DNA of 56,088 nucleotides, the filler included, from Sphacelaria rigidula (Eukaryota): the NCBI GenBank assembly GCA_964200075.2. It is 6 parts of 6 records of this genome, joined end to end, with 100 filler letters (N's around TTAATTAATTAA, not from the genome) between each part and the next. Parts side by side here need not be neighbours in the genome. Positions count along the whole stretch, not along the records: positions 28,096 to 37,360 come from CAXNAA020008888.1; positions 37,461 to 46,724 come from CAXNAA020008889.1; 4 more parts are not named here. The stretch is one strand, 5' to 3'. The position numbers and the translations under genes are program-made. Shown here piece after piece: positions 35,491 through 46,824 of this stretch. The notes beneath the pieces were generated by a model that ran no database searches, was not told the origin of the DNA, and saw nothing but the letters and a program-made list of their open reading frames with translations. Positions within the stretch are counted from its first letter, which is position 1; every line of letters begins with the position of its first letter.

Positions 35491-37360
35491 AGCATCGGGG
35501 CATTGTTTTACGCGTAAATCGTACATGCCATTAGCCTGATGACAGGGGTAAAAGTACTGTCCGGTACTGGATGCTCGGGAGTTCTACCGATAAACCTCGT
35601 TTGTCTAGAAACTACGGTGCTTAACAGAGAATTCTACCCTTGAAGGACCAATGGACGCTGCCCCTGTGTACACACAGAGTTGGCGCTTGAATGAAAGCAT
35701 CTTGGCGTCCTCACAACTCTCTACTACCATAATATAGACTTCAGTGTCCAACAGTATCATGTACGTTGATGCATCTCATTATATACCCTGGGTTGAGTTC
35801 AGTACAAAGTCTACGTAAGAAGGCTGAAATTGCACTTCTTTAGCCGCCGTACTCTTTACTCCTACGTCCACCAGGAGAAATGGACGTATTCGGCTGCGGA
35901 GTTTTCAGGGTGAAAGGGGCGGAGTTGTCACTGCGTGATTTTTCATCTACCGCCAGCGTTTTCTAATGTTGAAGCGTTCTCAGAACGTTCTGAGATCCTG
36001 GCCTTCAAGGGATGAGTGTTGGCACTTTTGAGTGCTGTGGCACACTCGGCAGTGTAATCGGTGCGCGCATACTCATGTGAAGAATACTTGGAGCGATACA
36101 GAAGGGTTGTGTTTAGATTCGGGGTGTGATACCGAACCGCAAGAAGAACAGACTGGAAAAAAACTGAGGTAGAATACGACATATAGGCGCCATCGAGACC
36201 AGTCGAAGTGATCATTTTTCATCTAGCGTCTATCTATGTTGCTCATGTTTGTGCTCTTTCTGCTAACCTCCATCATGTAGAAAATAGTATACGCGGCAAT
36301 CGTGTTTCCGCGACATGGCTGAAAGGACCTGTCCTCCCCATCTGTATCGGATGAGAACGTAGCGTGATCGTGGAAAAGCGTAGTTGAGCTTCGGGGGCAG
36401 TTTGAGAGGAGGATAGAACATTTGAGGTAGCAGCTGGCCTTTTGAACACTCGCACTGATGTGCTGGACTAAGAGGGGAGGGTGAGACGGTCCGAATGGGA
36501 GGAGATTTCTCGTGGTATGTCTGCCTTCCTTGTTAATCGTTTAGGAAGGGGGCGTATAGCAGGTCAATTTTCGGAAGTTAACATAGTGCTGGTTAAGCGA
36601 CGGTGGCCAAACACGCGGTGGGCGCCCTGAGTTTCGAATAACAATAAGTACATTAGCTCGTGAAGTGTCGGGACATGCATAACCGACGTCGTGTTCAGAT
36701 TTGGTAATGAACGCGGGCTGTTACGGTTGATCGATGTGCAATCCTTTCATGCTTGGGTGATGTTTCACGAACAAAGGGGATACTTTAAATCTGAGATAAT
36801 CACCTACCGGCGTAGTCAGATCTGTATGGCTCAAATTGCCCTAATGTAGCAGAAGTATCTTTGTTTGTGGTGAACGATTATGGAGGTACTCCGTTTCCGG
36901 GAGATAAGCAGAGAAGAAAATCGAGAGTGACAGGAATCGGACTTAGGTTGTAACGATGAAAAATGGAGATGTGAGCTGCATTGGGACGTTGTTGCCTGGA
37001 GACCGCCAACACCCCAAAGAGAGGAAGGAGGAATACACAAGGAGACATCTTTGACGGTGCATGCAGTGGGCTAGCAGGAGAATCAGGAATGAGGAAACGA
37101 CTATTTCGTATGTTTTATCCTGCTCTGTTCTGTACGTACATGAAGGACACGTGTAGGATGCCAACTAATTTCCACCGGGTAATTGAGTGAGAAATCAATC
37201 ATTGGTGAAGGAGAGCTTTCATCGGGAAGTGGGGGAGGGCGGGGGGGGGGGAAAGTCGTCGAAAATCGCGGGGGGGGGGGGGGGTAGGGGAAAGTTGGGG
37301 CGGCCGGGGGGCAACGGGGGTGCCCCGGGGGGGGGGTTTACGATCTGGTAGAAGGTTCTT

Positions 37361-37460
37361 NNNNNNNNNNNNNNNNNNNNNNNNNNNNNNNNNNNNNNNN
37401 NNNNTTAATTAATTAANNNNNNNNNNNNNNNNNNNNNNNNNNNNNNNNNNNNNNNNNNNN
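37361..37460. other. Artificial scaffold linker
   Basis: N44-TTAATTAATTAA-N44. Confidence 0.98.
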
Positions 37461-38390
37461 ATGGTCTTATGACTATGGCATGCATGATCATGAGTACACC
37501 CCTCCCCTCCCTACCCCCCCCCCGCGCGTCTTACCTTGGATGCAGCTCCGGCGGCGGGCGGCGGGGGCATTCCGATGCCGTTCTCGTGGGCCTCGTGTCC
37601 GGCCGTTTGTGGCGTGGTCAGTGCGACGTAAGGGCAGGGCGTCCTTGTGCGATCGCGGGTAGTGATCCACCTGCTTCCATGTTGTTTTTTAAGTCGGTAG
37701 AACGTTACATAATACGGTACAGTCACTGAGGTCGTGAATATCCACGTGCCCGCAACTTAATTTCAACCACATATAACAAAGTAAAAAAAATAGTGATCTT
37801 CAGCGTGTTCGTATATTGAGGCCTCCTCCGTACCGGATCCCAAAGTACCGAAACCAATAACGCCTCCCCGGAAAACATTATATCCATGTTCTTCGTTTAA
37901 TCTTTACCATACATCGTGACATTCCACCGCAGTGATTGTAACTTTGACTTGAAACACACAAAATCCAGACGTGAGTGGCTCTTTTGATTCTGAAACGAAA
38001 AGGTGCCCATCGTGTGTCCCATGTCGTTGTACGTGCCGCCTCAATTTTGCCTACTGTGCCTACAAAGGCCCTGCGACGTGCTACCGTGGGATCACGTATT
38101 ATCCACAACGATTTCAACGAGGCACCTCGAACAACACCACACTGCTCGGCGGCATTGACCGCACTGCACCTCCCGAACCAATCGAGTTTGGTTTTCTTAT
38201 TTCCCCGGGCAATATACGCCGAGACATGGCGTGAGTACTCCCGTGTTCGGATTTTCCAAGTATCGCTGCGATAGTTATGTATACTCGGGCGTACTGTGTA
38301 TACATATATTTTTAGATATATTCTTTGATACCTGGGTATTTGACACCAACCAGCTGAAAAATATACAGAGTATAAGCAGGAAACACTTGC

Positions 38391-38497
38391 CCTGGAGCTG
38401 TGCCCCACACGACGTACGCATCGAAGCCCGCCCCGAGCAAAAACGAACAGAGGACCATCGCGAAGTCGAAGGAGTCGCCAACGGTCCACTCTAGCAC
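38391..38497 (-). CDS. DRC7: Dynein regulatory complex subunit 7, exon D (VLEWTVGDSFDFAMVLCSFLLGAGFDAYVVWGTAP)
   Basis: Matches the DRC7/CCDC135 motif G-x2-FDF-x2-LCS-L-G-G(Y/F)DAY; acceptor acacacag|, probable GC donor GG|gcaagt. Confidence 0.85.
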
Positions 38498-38771
38498 CTG
38501 TGTGTGTGTATACCGTCAGTACTACACAGCATGAGCACATTTGTTGATATGCAGTAATCGAACACGAGGCAGCCAGAGTCTCCCGAGAAATCAATCCTGC
38601 TGCTGCCATACCGCACTGTATTTCAAAAGGGCGCATATCGTGCGCGTAAATTCGAGGCATTAGCAACGTGTCTGCTGTAGTAGCCGCGGGCGTCATGGGG
38701 CACTGCCTCACCGTCTTCACCGTTACTCAGTGCAACCAAAGCGAACGGTTGTCTTTCGCCCAGTTACACAA

Positions 38772-38970
38772 GCAGGTCGGCTCATAAGAGTCGAGGTTGT
38801 CGAAAAATCAGGCTGAGCTTTCCATAAAAAAGAAAATAAGAAAAGGTGTTCAGTCTCAGCCACAAGCGCTACACTAAGTCTCGTATAGTAGGCCATGATC
38901 GACCTTTTCATCAGATAAGAAAGTCAGGCTGAGTCTGATTTTCAGTTTCTCATGAGCTGGGCCGCTACTG
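38772..38970. mobile_element. Small MITE-like element with a CAGTAGCGGCCC terminus; right half repeated at 33782-33862
   Basis: gtaggccatg...catcagataagaa...gggccgctactg shared between scaffolds 4 and 5; left end is degenerate. Confidence 0.55.
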
Positions 38971-39965
38971 CATATAGCACCTGCACCCATGTGTGTGTGT
39001 ATAGCAGACGAATGAATTTCACAGACGGACAAGAATACCAAATCAAAGGTATCTTTTGTACCCGGAATTTCTGAGCTTTTGCTCTCGATTAAATCAGTTT
39101 CTCGTCTTCGCGTCTGAATTGGTCACTGTCTGATTATTCATTTGACTCTCTGGACGTTCCGAACGTACCTCTATGCCACTAGAGAGTTTCGAAAAATGTT
39201 TCTTGGCATCATAGAGTCAGAATGGAAGGACGTCAGAGTGAAAGCTTTTTGAAAGTTCAGAGTGGACGCCGAAAAGTTCACGGCGGAAGCTGACGTGCGG
39301 TGGCTTGACGTTGATTTTTTTGCTGCAATGATTGGCCACAGGTTTCCGCGTATCGACCAGCGTCCTGTTCGAAAATGCATAGGTCAGTACAGCACTGACT
39401 GTACTACAAAAACGGTAGCGAGTTTGTGTTGTACCGTACCCTGCTGCATCGTACCGTACTGTACACAACGCTTCACTGCGCTTGCACTACTTCACTGCAC
39501 GACGGTGCACTAGAGAGCACTGCAGAACCCTACAACAACAGTACATTGCGGTCCGGTGAAGTTTAGCGATACCGTGCAGACAGTGCAGTACTTCCAAACA
39601 ACAGGCAAAGCCGTATCGCACTGATTTTCCAACATGCCACCCATAACAGTGGTGCAAGACGCCATGACCTCTAACGGGGCGGCAATGCAGCCAGGTGTGG
39701 CAATGCTTGTGCGCTGTAGACTACGAACCGTTCAAACCGTCTTCTGCCAGCTGAAGCTGGCAAGAGTGAAGAGCTACACTCAAGGCAACGTCTTGTGCCC
39801 GCCGAGCATTTCAATTTCTCGCAACACAACCAAGTGAATGCTGATACCATGGCGACGTCAGGGTCCTCCGACTGCGATACCAAGCGTTGCTACTTCGTGA
39901 ATGGTACATTGTGATGAGCATCATAGTTGTGATGAATGCCATACTTTGCTTGTTAGGATACAGAC

Positions 39966-40466
39966 AGCCGACCATCGAGATTGAGGATGGAGCTTTTCAT
40001 TGACGATGAGAACTCGGAGAATTAATATCCCCGCATCCCCACCACAACTTCGAAATATGGTTCCATTCCTTCACCTACTGGTCGCTATTGAAAAGTACTA
40101 CACGTCATGCAAATTTGGATTTCGGTAACCGAAATGTTGGGGTCCTTGGTGAAAAACTAATTTCGGGGAATTTCGGCGATCCGATCGGATGACCTCAATT
40201 CCCAAAAATTGGTTCTTTATCTGAGACCTCAACATTATGTTTATCGATCTAATCACCTGAATTCCCCAAAAATATTTCTTTATCTAGGACCCCAACATTT
40301 CGGTTATCGAAATCCAAATTGGTAGGGCGTGTAGCAGTTGCCAATAGCTACCAGTAGGTGAAGGAATGGAACCATACATCGAAGATTTGGGGTGGATACG
40401 AAGATTTTAATCCTACGGGTTCGCATTCTCAATGGAAAGCTCCATCCTCATTTTCGATGATCGGCT
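39966..40466. mobile_element. ~500-bp fold-back element (arms >200 bp)
   Basis: agccgaccatcga...tgaggatggagc / gctccatcctca...tcgatgatcggct; tatggttccattccttcacctactggt / accagtaggtgaaggaatggaaccata. Confidence 0.85.
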
Positions 40467-40899
40467 ATTCATATTGATTGCGTACTAGCTGTGGCCGCGG
40501 TGGTGGGGGTGGGGGTGATTCTTTTTTATTCTGCTACGAAGTTTGAAGAGGCACATCGGTTTTCAGAGTGGAGCGCCCCGCACCGAAGTCTAACTCTGAA
40601 AAGTTGACTCTGAAAGACGTTTTATAGTGGAACGTGTACCGTTACCGGCTTTTCCCTCCCCCACTCTGACTCTAAAATGAGAAAAAAAACATTTTCCGAA
40701 ACTCTCTTTTATCCGCGATGCTCACGTATCGTACATAGCACATAAACAAAAGGAATTGCAAATGTGAATACATGTGAACCTCAGTGATAGTAGTTGATCT
40801 CTCTCAGATTAGCAGAGCGGAACTAATCACTGGCCCATCAAGTGAGTGGCGTCTTCTAAATATTTTTTGCGACGATTCATATCCCAAAAACAAAACAAT

Positions 40900-42475
40900 C
40901 TACTAGCCGGGCCGGCCAAGACGCGGATTTAAGCTCTCATATCAATATCTCATCGACACAGACGAGTTGGGCCGTGATCTGCATATCGTATCCATCATCT
41001 GATCATGGGGAAGGTGCCCATGAGGTCAAAAGTCTGGGTCGATTTCTTTTCGTTGATTAAATTCCAGGTCTCCTATACCGTACGGAGATAGCATCCATAA
41101 TAAAGTCTATATACACCCCGAACGATATATAGAGCGGCTGGTGACGAGTTTTGGTGTGGACATTCCCTGGAGCACGGGGAAATGATCGACAACCTCAGTT
41201 TTGCCTATTTCGTTATCTGTCTCGAAATATAGCACACATAAGTTTATATACTAAAATCAATATATTTCGAGCAGAGGCACTTGGTGCATTAAATTTGGGT
41301 ATTGCGTCTCTCTTTTTGAGAGTTGTGCTTTGAAATTTCGTGTGGGGAATCGCTGGTGCATGACGAAAAAAAAAATGCTCACTTTTGTGTTTTTTTCATC
41401 TTGTTTATCATTTTTTTTCACTTTTTTCGGGGAGTTTGAAGGGAAAATGGACAATGCTCTCGGACCTCATCTTAGTTTTTCAGCTCAACTTTAAGAATTG
41501 AGATTCGAAACTTATCATGAAGAATTGCAAAGGCATGCCGAAAAAAAAAATGACCTTTAAAAAACAATCGTGGGAGGTATGGGCGGTCTCGTAAAACAGG
41601 TCTTCACCGTACCAAAACGTCCTAAACGAGTGAAAAAATATATATATTCAAGCCGCACGGGACCCGGGGCTGCGCCCCGGACCCCGTTCGTCTTTTTCAA
41701 CGGTCTCGGTGTTCTTGCCTTGCCAAGCCCTCGTGAGAATAGATCCTCTCTCGAAATGTTCATGCCCGCCGGAAACATTGGAGGAGCACCGCGATCGCGC
41801 GTCCGTTCGAACGGTCGCGAACGCATGTGTACCCCACAAAGTAAAGCACGAATCCGCTAACCAGGTCCCTAGCACTGGCACTGGCCCGAACAGTCATCTC
41901 CCGCGGCGGGTGCGGAGGAACTTGCACACTAAAATCAGCAAAAAATCTCGCGGACGCCCCGTTACAAAGTATGCTTGACGCTCGTGAGTTCGAAATATTA
42001 TATATATACTTCTATATCAACCTTTCCCGCTTTTGTTGGTTGGTAACGGCCTACTGTAGCGACGTCCCACACAAAGATTCCAAACACAAGTATCAAACCT
42101 GGGCCGGCGAATGGCCTGGAAAATATTGTTCCGAATTTCGCCCGGCCCGGTTTCCGAATCGTCCCGTCTCACCTCAATTTTGCGAGTTGGACTTTGACAT
42201 TTGGTACGGAGGAAGAATAGGGCATGCTAAAGTGCTGTCGATCGAGACGTGCATATAAATATAACTTTTTTCGTGAGTTAACGGTATTTCCTGATATCTA
42301 GATACTGATTATAGCCATTAACTCACGACGAAAAAAAATCTGCGCGTCCCGATTGACGGCATTTTAGCATGCCCTATTCTCCCTCCGAACCAGATTTCAA
42401 AGTCCAACTCGCAAAATTGAGGTGAGACGGAATCTGCAAACCACAAATTCGCGTCTAGGCCGGCCCAGCTCGTAG
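40900..42475. mobile_element. Non-autonomous DNA transposon with ~31-bp TIRs and a 3-bp AAT target duplication
   Basis: ctactagccgggccggccaagacgcggattt versus the reverse complement of aaattcgcgtctaggccggcccagctcgtag; aat flanks both ends. Confidence 0.7.
42164..42430. mobile_element. Fold-back MITE nested inside the 40900-42475 element
   Basis: ccgtctcacctcaattttgcgagttggactttga / tcaaagtccaactcgcaaaattgaggtgagacgg are perfect ends; pairing continues inward. Confidence 0.85.
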
Positions 42476-42887
42476 AATCGCGCGATTACTCCGCCGATCA
42501 AATATCTCAAATAAAAACAAAAAAGTCGTTGCCCGTCCTACAAAATATGAAAATATGACACACGCATGTAATTAAATGAATGCCTTCGGTACCTCTTGTT
42601 CTAGTTCTATTTAGACAGTACAAGATGCCGATTTTATCCCGTCTATCCTCAATTCACTACTCGTATATTCAAAGCTGAAGTTGCGAACTATCATTGAAAA
42701 GGAAAACCATTTCCCGTCCTGGTCACAGCGATTGAAAATAAACAACAATGGTTGCTCGTCTTCCCGTGATGACGGCAACGCTGAAACCCCCGCTTTGCCG
42801 TAAGTACACAAATATATGCCTGGAAGTCACATTTTTTTATATGCATATCGGAAATTGATCGTCACAACGTTCCAGACTCTGAACAAC

Positions 42888-43110
42888 ATGTGGTCAATAG
42901 TTACCACATAAAAAAATTACTGTGTAAAGTATGGACATATTGTAACTATTGTCGGACCGCCGACAATATGAGGTCATCGGGTGCAATATAACAAAATGTA
43001 CCGCGTAATGTATGGGCTTATTGCAACTATTGTCGGCGGTGCCACAATAGTTACAACAGGTCCATACTTTACGCAGTCGTACATTTTTCTATTGCAACTA
43101 TTGACCACAT
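42888..43110. mobile_element. Palindromic MITE
   Basis: atgtggtcaatagtt / aactattgaccacat; gtaaagtatggac / gtccatactttac. Confidence 0.8.
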
Positions 43111-43387
43111 ATTGTCCTCCTGGATGTGCAACACTCACAAACGGTCGAAGGAAATCTGCGTCGAGGCAAAGGTCGTTCCGACGGGGGGGGGCGGTGCGAC
43201 GGAGCCCGAACGGGTCCCACGATATGAATGCGCCTAGCTCTAGAGGACCTTCGACCGAAGGCGGCAACACCTTCCTCGACTACAGTACTGTGGTACTTTT
43301 CCTTAGGTGCCCTGGCTGGAGCGTGTTCCACAAACGACTGACTAGGACTCACTGATCGTTATATCGTTACATGGTTATAGTACGTAC

Positions 43388-43496
43388 CTGTCCCGGGGAA
43401 GGCAAGGTGCCCGGTGGCTCGGTTGGCCTCTCGAGCGGCTCATAATGCAGGAAGTTGGAGACAAACTCAGCGCATTTTTCCAGGCTGTAGACTTCC
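43388..43496 (-). CDS. DRC7: Dynein regulatory complex subunit 7, exon C (EVYSLEKCAEFVSNFLHYEPLERPTEPPGTLPSPGQ)
   Basis: Acceptor ctaacacag|, donor CAG|gtacgt; 109 nt, phase 2 to 0; DRC7 CAxFVxxFLxYEPL...LPSP motif. Confidence 0.9.
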
Positions 43497-44275
43497 CTGT
43501 GTTAGCGTGAGGCAAGAATAAAATAAAATAGGGCGCACACGCATACGAAAAACACAACGTGCGCGCGCATTCACTCAGGAATGAAAAATAAAAACACGAG
43601 AGAATTCCCCTCATATTTTCCGCTGTGTAGAGATTCTCATTCTTTACCCCATAGTCGACGGTAGAAGACAGAAAATAATGATATTTACTTCCTGCTCGTA
43701 CCTTAACCCTCTGACCGCAAGCATAGGTCATCCGTTGATTCAGCATCGATTTCACTCGAAGAATAGCTGCATTGAACCAGATGATTTCACCTCGCTGTCA
43801 ACGGGTTAATTGGGCTCTAAAACAAAACGAAGCGAAGCATAGGTGAAACATGTAGATTTTTTTTTTTTCTCTTGCCGATCCAAAGGTCGACTCATAGGTG
43901 CCGCTCAAGATTCTCTAAACCTATCCCGACACACAGATGAACAGTCGCTCGAGGAGACCGCGATGGCGTGGTTGATGTGTGTTGTCGTCCCATTTATTCT
44001 GGGCACCAGTCTACACCTTTCGGTATATGTGGGCGCATCAGCCGGGGTCACACAGGAGGAAAGTCAACACAGGAGCTTTTTATTTTTCATTTGTTTTCCA
44101 CCTTCCTTCTGCGGTGCTTGCCTTTATTTTGGCGTACCGAATTAACCATAAGCTACTGCAGTATTTCATCATGTTTTATCACGCACGTTGCAACAATCAC
44201 AATTCCCTTCCCCGCAAAGTATTACGCCGGAAACGTGTCCATATTTTCCTCCCTCGTACTCATGTGGTCCCTCGC

Positions 44276-44424
44276 CTGTAGGGTAGCAGTGTCGGTCGAA
44301 GAGTGGTGCACACGAACTTCTCAACGCCGTACTCGTTTGGAGCAGTCAAGAAAAGCCGCCTCCGCCCGGGGTATAGCTGTTCGAACTGCGACCTGAAGTT
44401 CCCGATGTACTCGAGGCATAGGGC
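44276..44424 (-). CDS. DRC7: Dynein regulatory complex subunit 7, exon B (ALCLEYIGNFRSQFEQLYPGRRRLFLTAPNEYGVEKFVCTTLRPTLLPY)
   Basis: Characteristic NFxxQ...LxxxPxNExGVxKFVCTTLRPT motif; acceptor ccaacacag|, GC donor CAG|gcgagg; 149 nt, phase 0 to 2. Confidence 0.9.
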
Positions 44425-45950
44425 CTGTGTTGGTGTGTGTGTGAGTATTTAAATAGTTTTTTTGAGACAAGAAAGGAGATTGATACGAGTAGTCTAGCGT
44501 CACATGAGCTTTTTGAATAGCGACACTCACACATATACATATTTACATATATATGTTAGGAACTTTGTGCAGAAGAATTTGCAGACGAAACTCAACTTAC
44601 CAAGATACATCGACTCACTAAACGAATCGATACTCCGAATTAGAAAAGGTGATCCTGCAAAATGCGTTTGTTCATCCGTACTTGATGTATTGTGTATGTT
44701 GTATGGGCCTTGTAAGGAGAGTATCACAGTAGCCGACAGGTGTTCGTCTGCTGTAATTTTGGCAGGGTTAGCAGCCGCCAGCCGTGTCCTGACATCCCCA
44801 TGCAGTAGGTGCAGCAAAACGCCCGCACGCTCGTTGATGTTGCTGGAACTGACGGTGTTACGCATGGCCTAATGAACGATTGCCATCGCACCACCACAAG
44901 ATACTCGTCATTTCCAAGTTTGATTTTCTAGACACAGACGGTGCTCATGACACCGACACCTGTACCGCATAAAAAATCCCGTCGACAGTCTCCTGTCAAT
45001 AAAAGATATAACCTGTCTTGCTTCGAGAACGCAGGATGGGTAGGTGTGTTTCCAAAAAACTCGAGGTTGAAAAATGGATTCGGAAGGCGCGATAACGCAG
45101 GGTGTTGTGGTGGTCGTGTAGTCGGCACGACTCTTCCCGTGTAGTTGTGACACTCAACTCCGTCGTGCGTCGCAGGCCACATGTAGAAAGGCTTGCTGCT
45201 AGGCGTACGTCGAGGCGTACTCAGTGCTGTACCAACGGGACATATAACTCTGAACGAGAACAGAAGACAGCGGTACTCGTCATTGCCATTGTACACGTGC
45301 ACACTTGGAACATGACACTCTGCGCACTACGTGGCGAAAATGAAATTTCTGGTGTCGGAGAGTGCAAGCAAATTGCAATGAAAATAGATGATTGTCATTG
45401 CTGCTCTTGTACTGTTTTCTTCGCAGTACAATACACAAATACTCCGCACAGTCATTCCAGTAGTGAGATGGGTTTTTCTCACTGCGAACACCGCTCTTCG
45501 AAGACCATCACCACAGTTCGTGGTTAGATCATACCGACATTTTATTTCCGTCTCGTTTCATGTGTTGCGGTGTAAACGGTCCAGTGTGCTGGCGCGTGCC
45601 TCTTGTGGTGACGAGTGTACGATAAAATATCAAGGGTTGAAATCAGAGGCCACTCTCTCCATGGTCGATGGCTCGGTGAGCACGCAAACGTTTTAGAGAC
45701 ACGACTTTTTAATCCCGCGTATTGATACCCGTGGCCGACCCGCCCACAAGGACGATATTCTTGGCTAACACAAATTGGATCTCCATTCTTTATAACTCTG
45801 ACGTTCGTACAGAGTTAAGTATTCCTCGTCTCTTCTTCGATACCCATTTATATGTATGAGATTCTCGATGTGGGAATTCCCACAGTCTTTTTTACTCTTC
45901 CGTCGTAACCACCTGCATTTATTTTCCTTTCGTGAAGCACAGTATCGTAC

Positions 45951-46037
45951 CTCTTTGTTGGAGTTGCTGGTGTATCCCTCAGGTGGGCTCTCATGGGCAC
46001 CGGATTCAGCGTCGGCTCGCAGTTGACGAGTTCTCAC
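45951..46037 (-). CDS. DRC7: Dynein regulatory complex subunit 7, exon A (VRTRQLRADAESGAHESPPEGYTSNSNKE)
   Basis: PxxYxxNSxKE motif that precedes the exon B motif in DRC7; acceptor gagctgcag|, donor GAG|gtacga; phase 0-0. Confidence 0.8.
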
Positions 46038-46724
46038 CTGCAGCTCGAACAAGCAAACACATCAACAGCCAGGTCGTCCGGCAGACTTCGTGCAGCGTTG
46101 ACCCCTTCAACTGTAGTCACTGGTGGTACTGCACGCACGCGTACATTATGCGCGCCCTGGCACGCTGTCTCAAATTACAGCGCACCGACACGTTTCAATA
46201 TTGGCGCGGAAGCTCGGAAGCTCGGTAGTCGCCACGCTACCAGGTGATTACGCTACTACTCTGAATAGTACTTCGTACAACTTTAGCTTCCGCCCTTTGC
46301 CTTCCCCGCGTGCGTGAACTCTTTGACCGCCCGCAGATGGATCCCTGATTCTGAGAGTAACTTTTGAAGCAAAAATAAATGGGCAATAAATACAAAAGGG
46401 TAGACACTGATTCTTTCGGAACAAAAAAGGGTCGAGGATTTTTCGCTTTGGGGCGCGGCGCTGCACGCAGGCTGAACGCCTCAAAAACACGCTCCAGCGC
46501 CCCAGCCCCATGCCCAAGGTGTCCGGGCAGCATGCCCGACCATTTGCTTTCATTTTCACAAGTGTTACTAGCCTGAACTATGGCGCCGAAAATGAGAGCC
46601 TGTCAGAGTACCTTTTTTTGTAAACGAACCAGGAGGGTACTCTGACCGTGCCCTCTGCTAATATTTCATCTCTCACCCTCTTTTGTTCACCTGTTGACCC
46701 ATTTTTGTGAAGTGGTGGCCGTAG

Positions 46725-46824
46725 NNNNNNNNNNNNNNNNNNNNNNNNNNNNNNNNNNNNNNNNNNNNTTAATTAATTAANNNNNNNNNNNNNNNNNNNN
46801 NNNNNNNNNNNNNNNNNNNNNNNN
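46725..46824. other. Artificial scaffold linker
   Basis: N44-TTAATTAATTAA-N44. Confidence 0.98.

Noticed and set aside
37878-38720. 280-aa minus-strand ORF
   Set aside because: It overlaps the DRC7 exon in another frame and otherwise spans intronic sequence with no protein-like features.
1571-46037. Joining the minus-strand exons of scaffolds 1, 3, 4 and 5 into one gene or cluster
   Set aside because: The scaffolds are concatenated by size and encode unrelated proteins.
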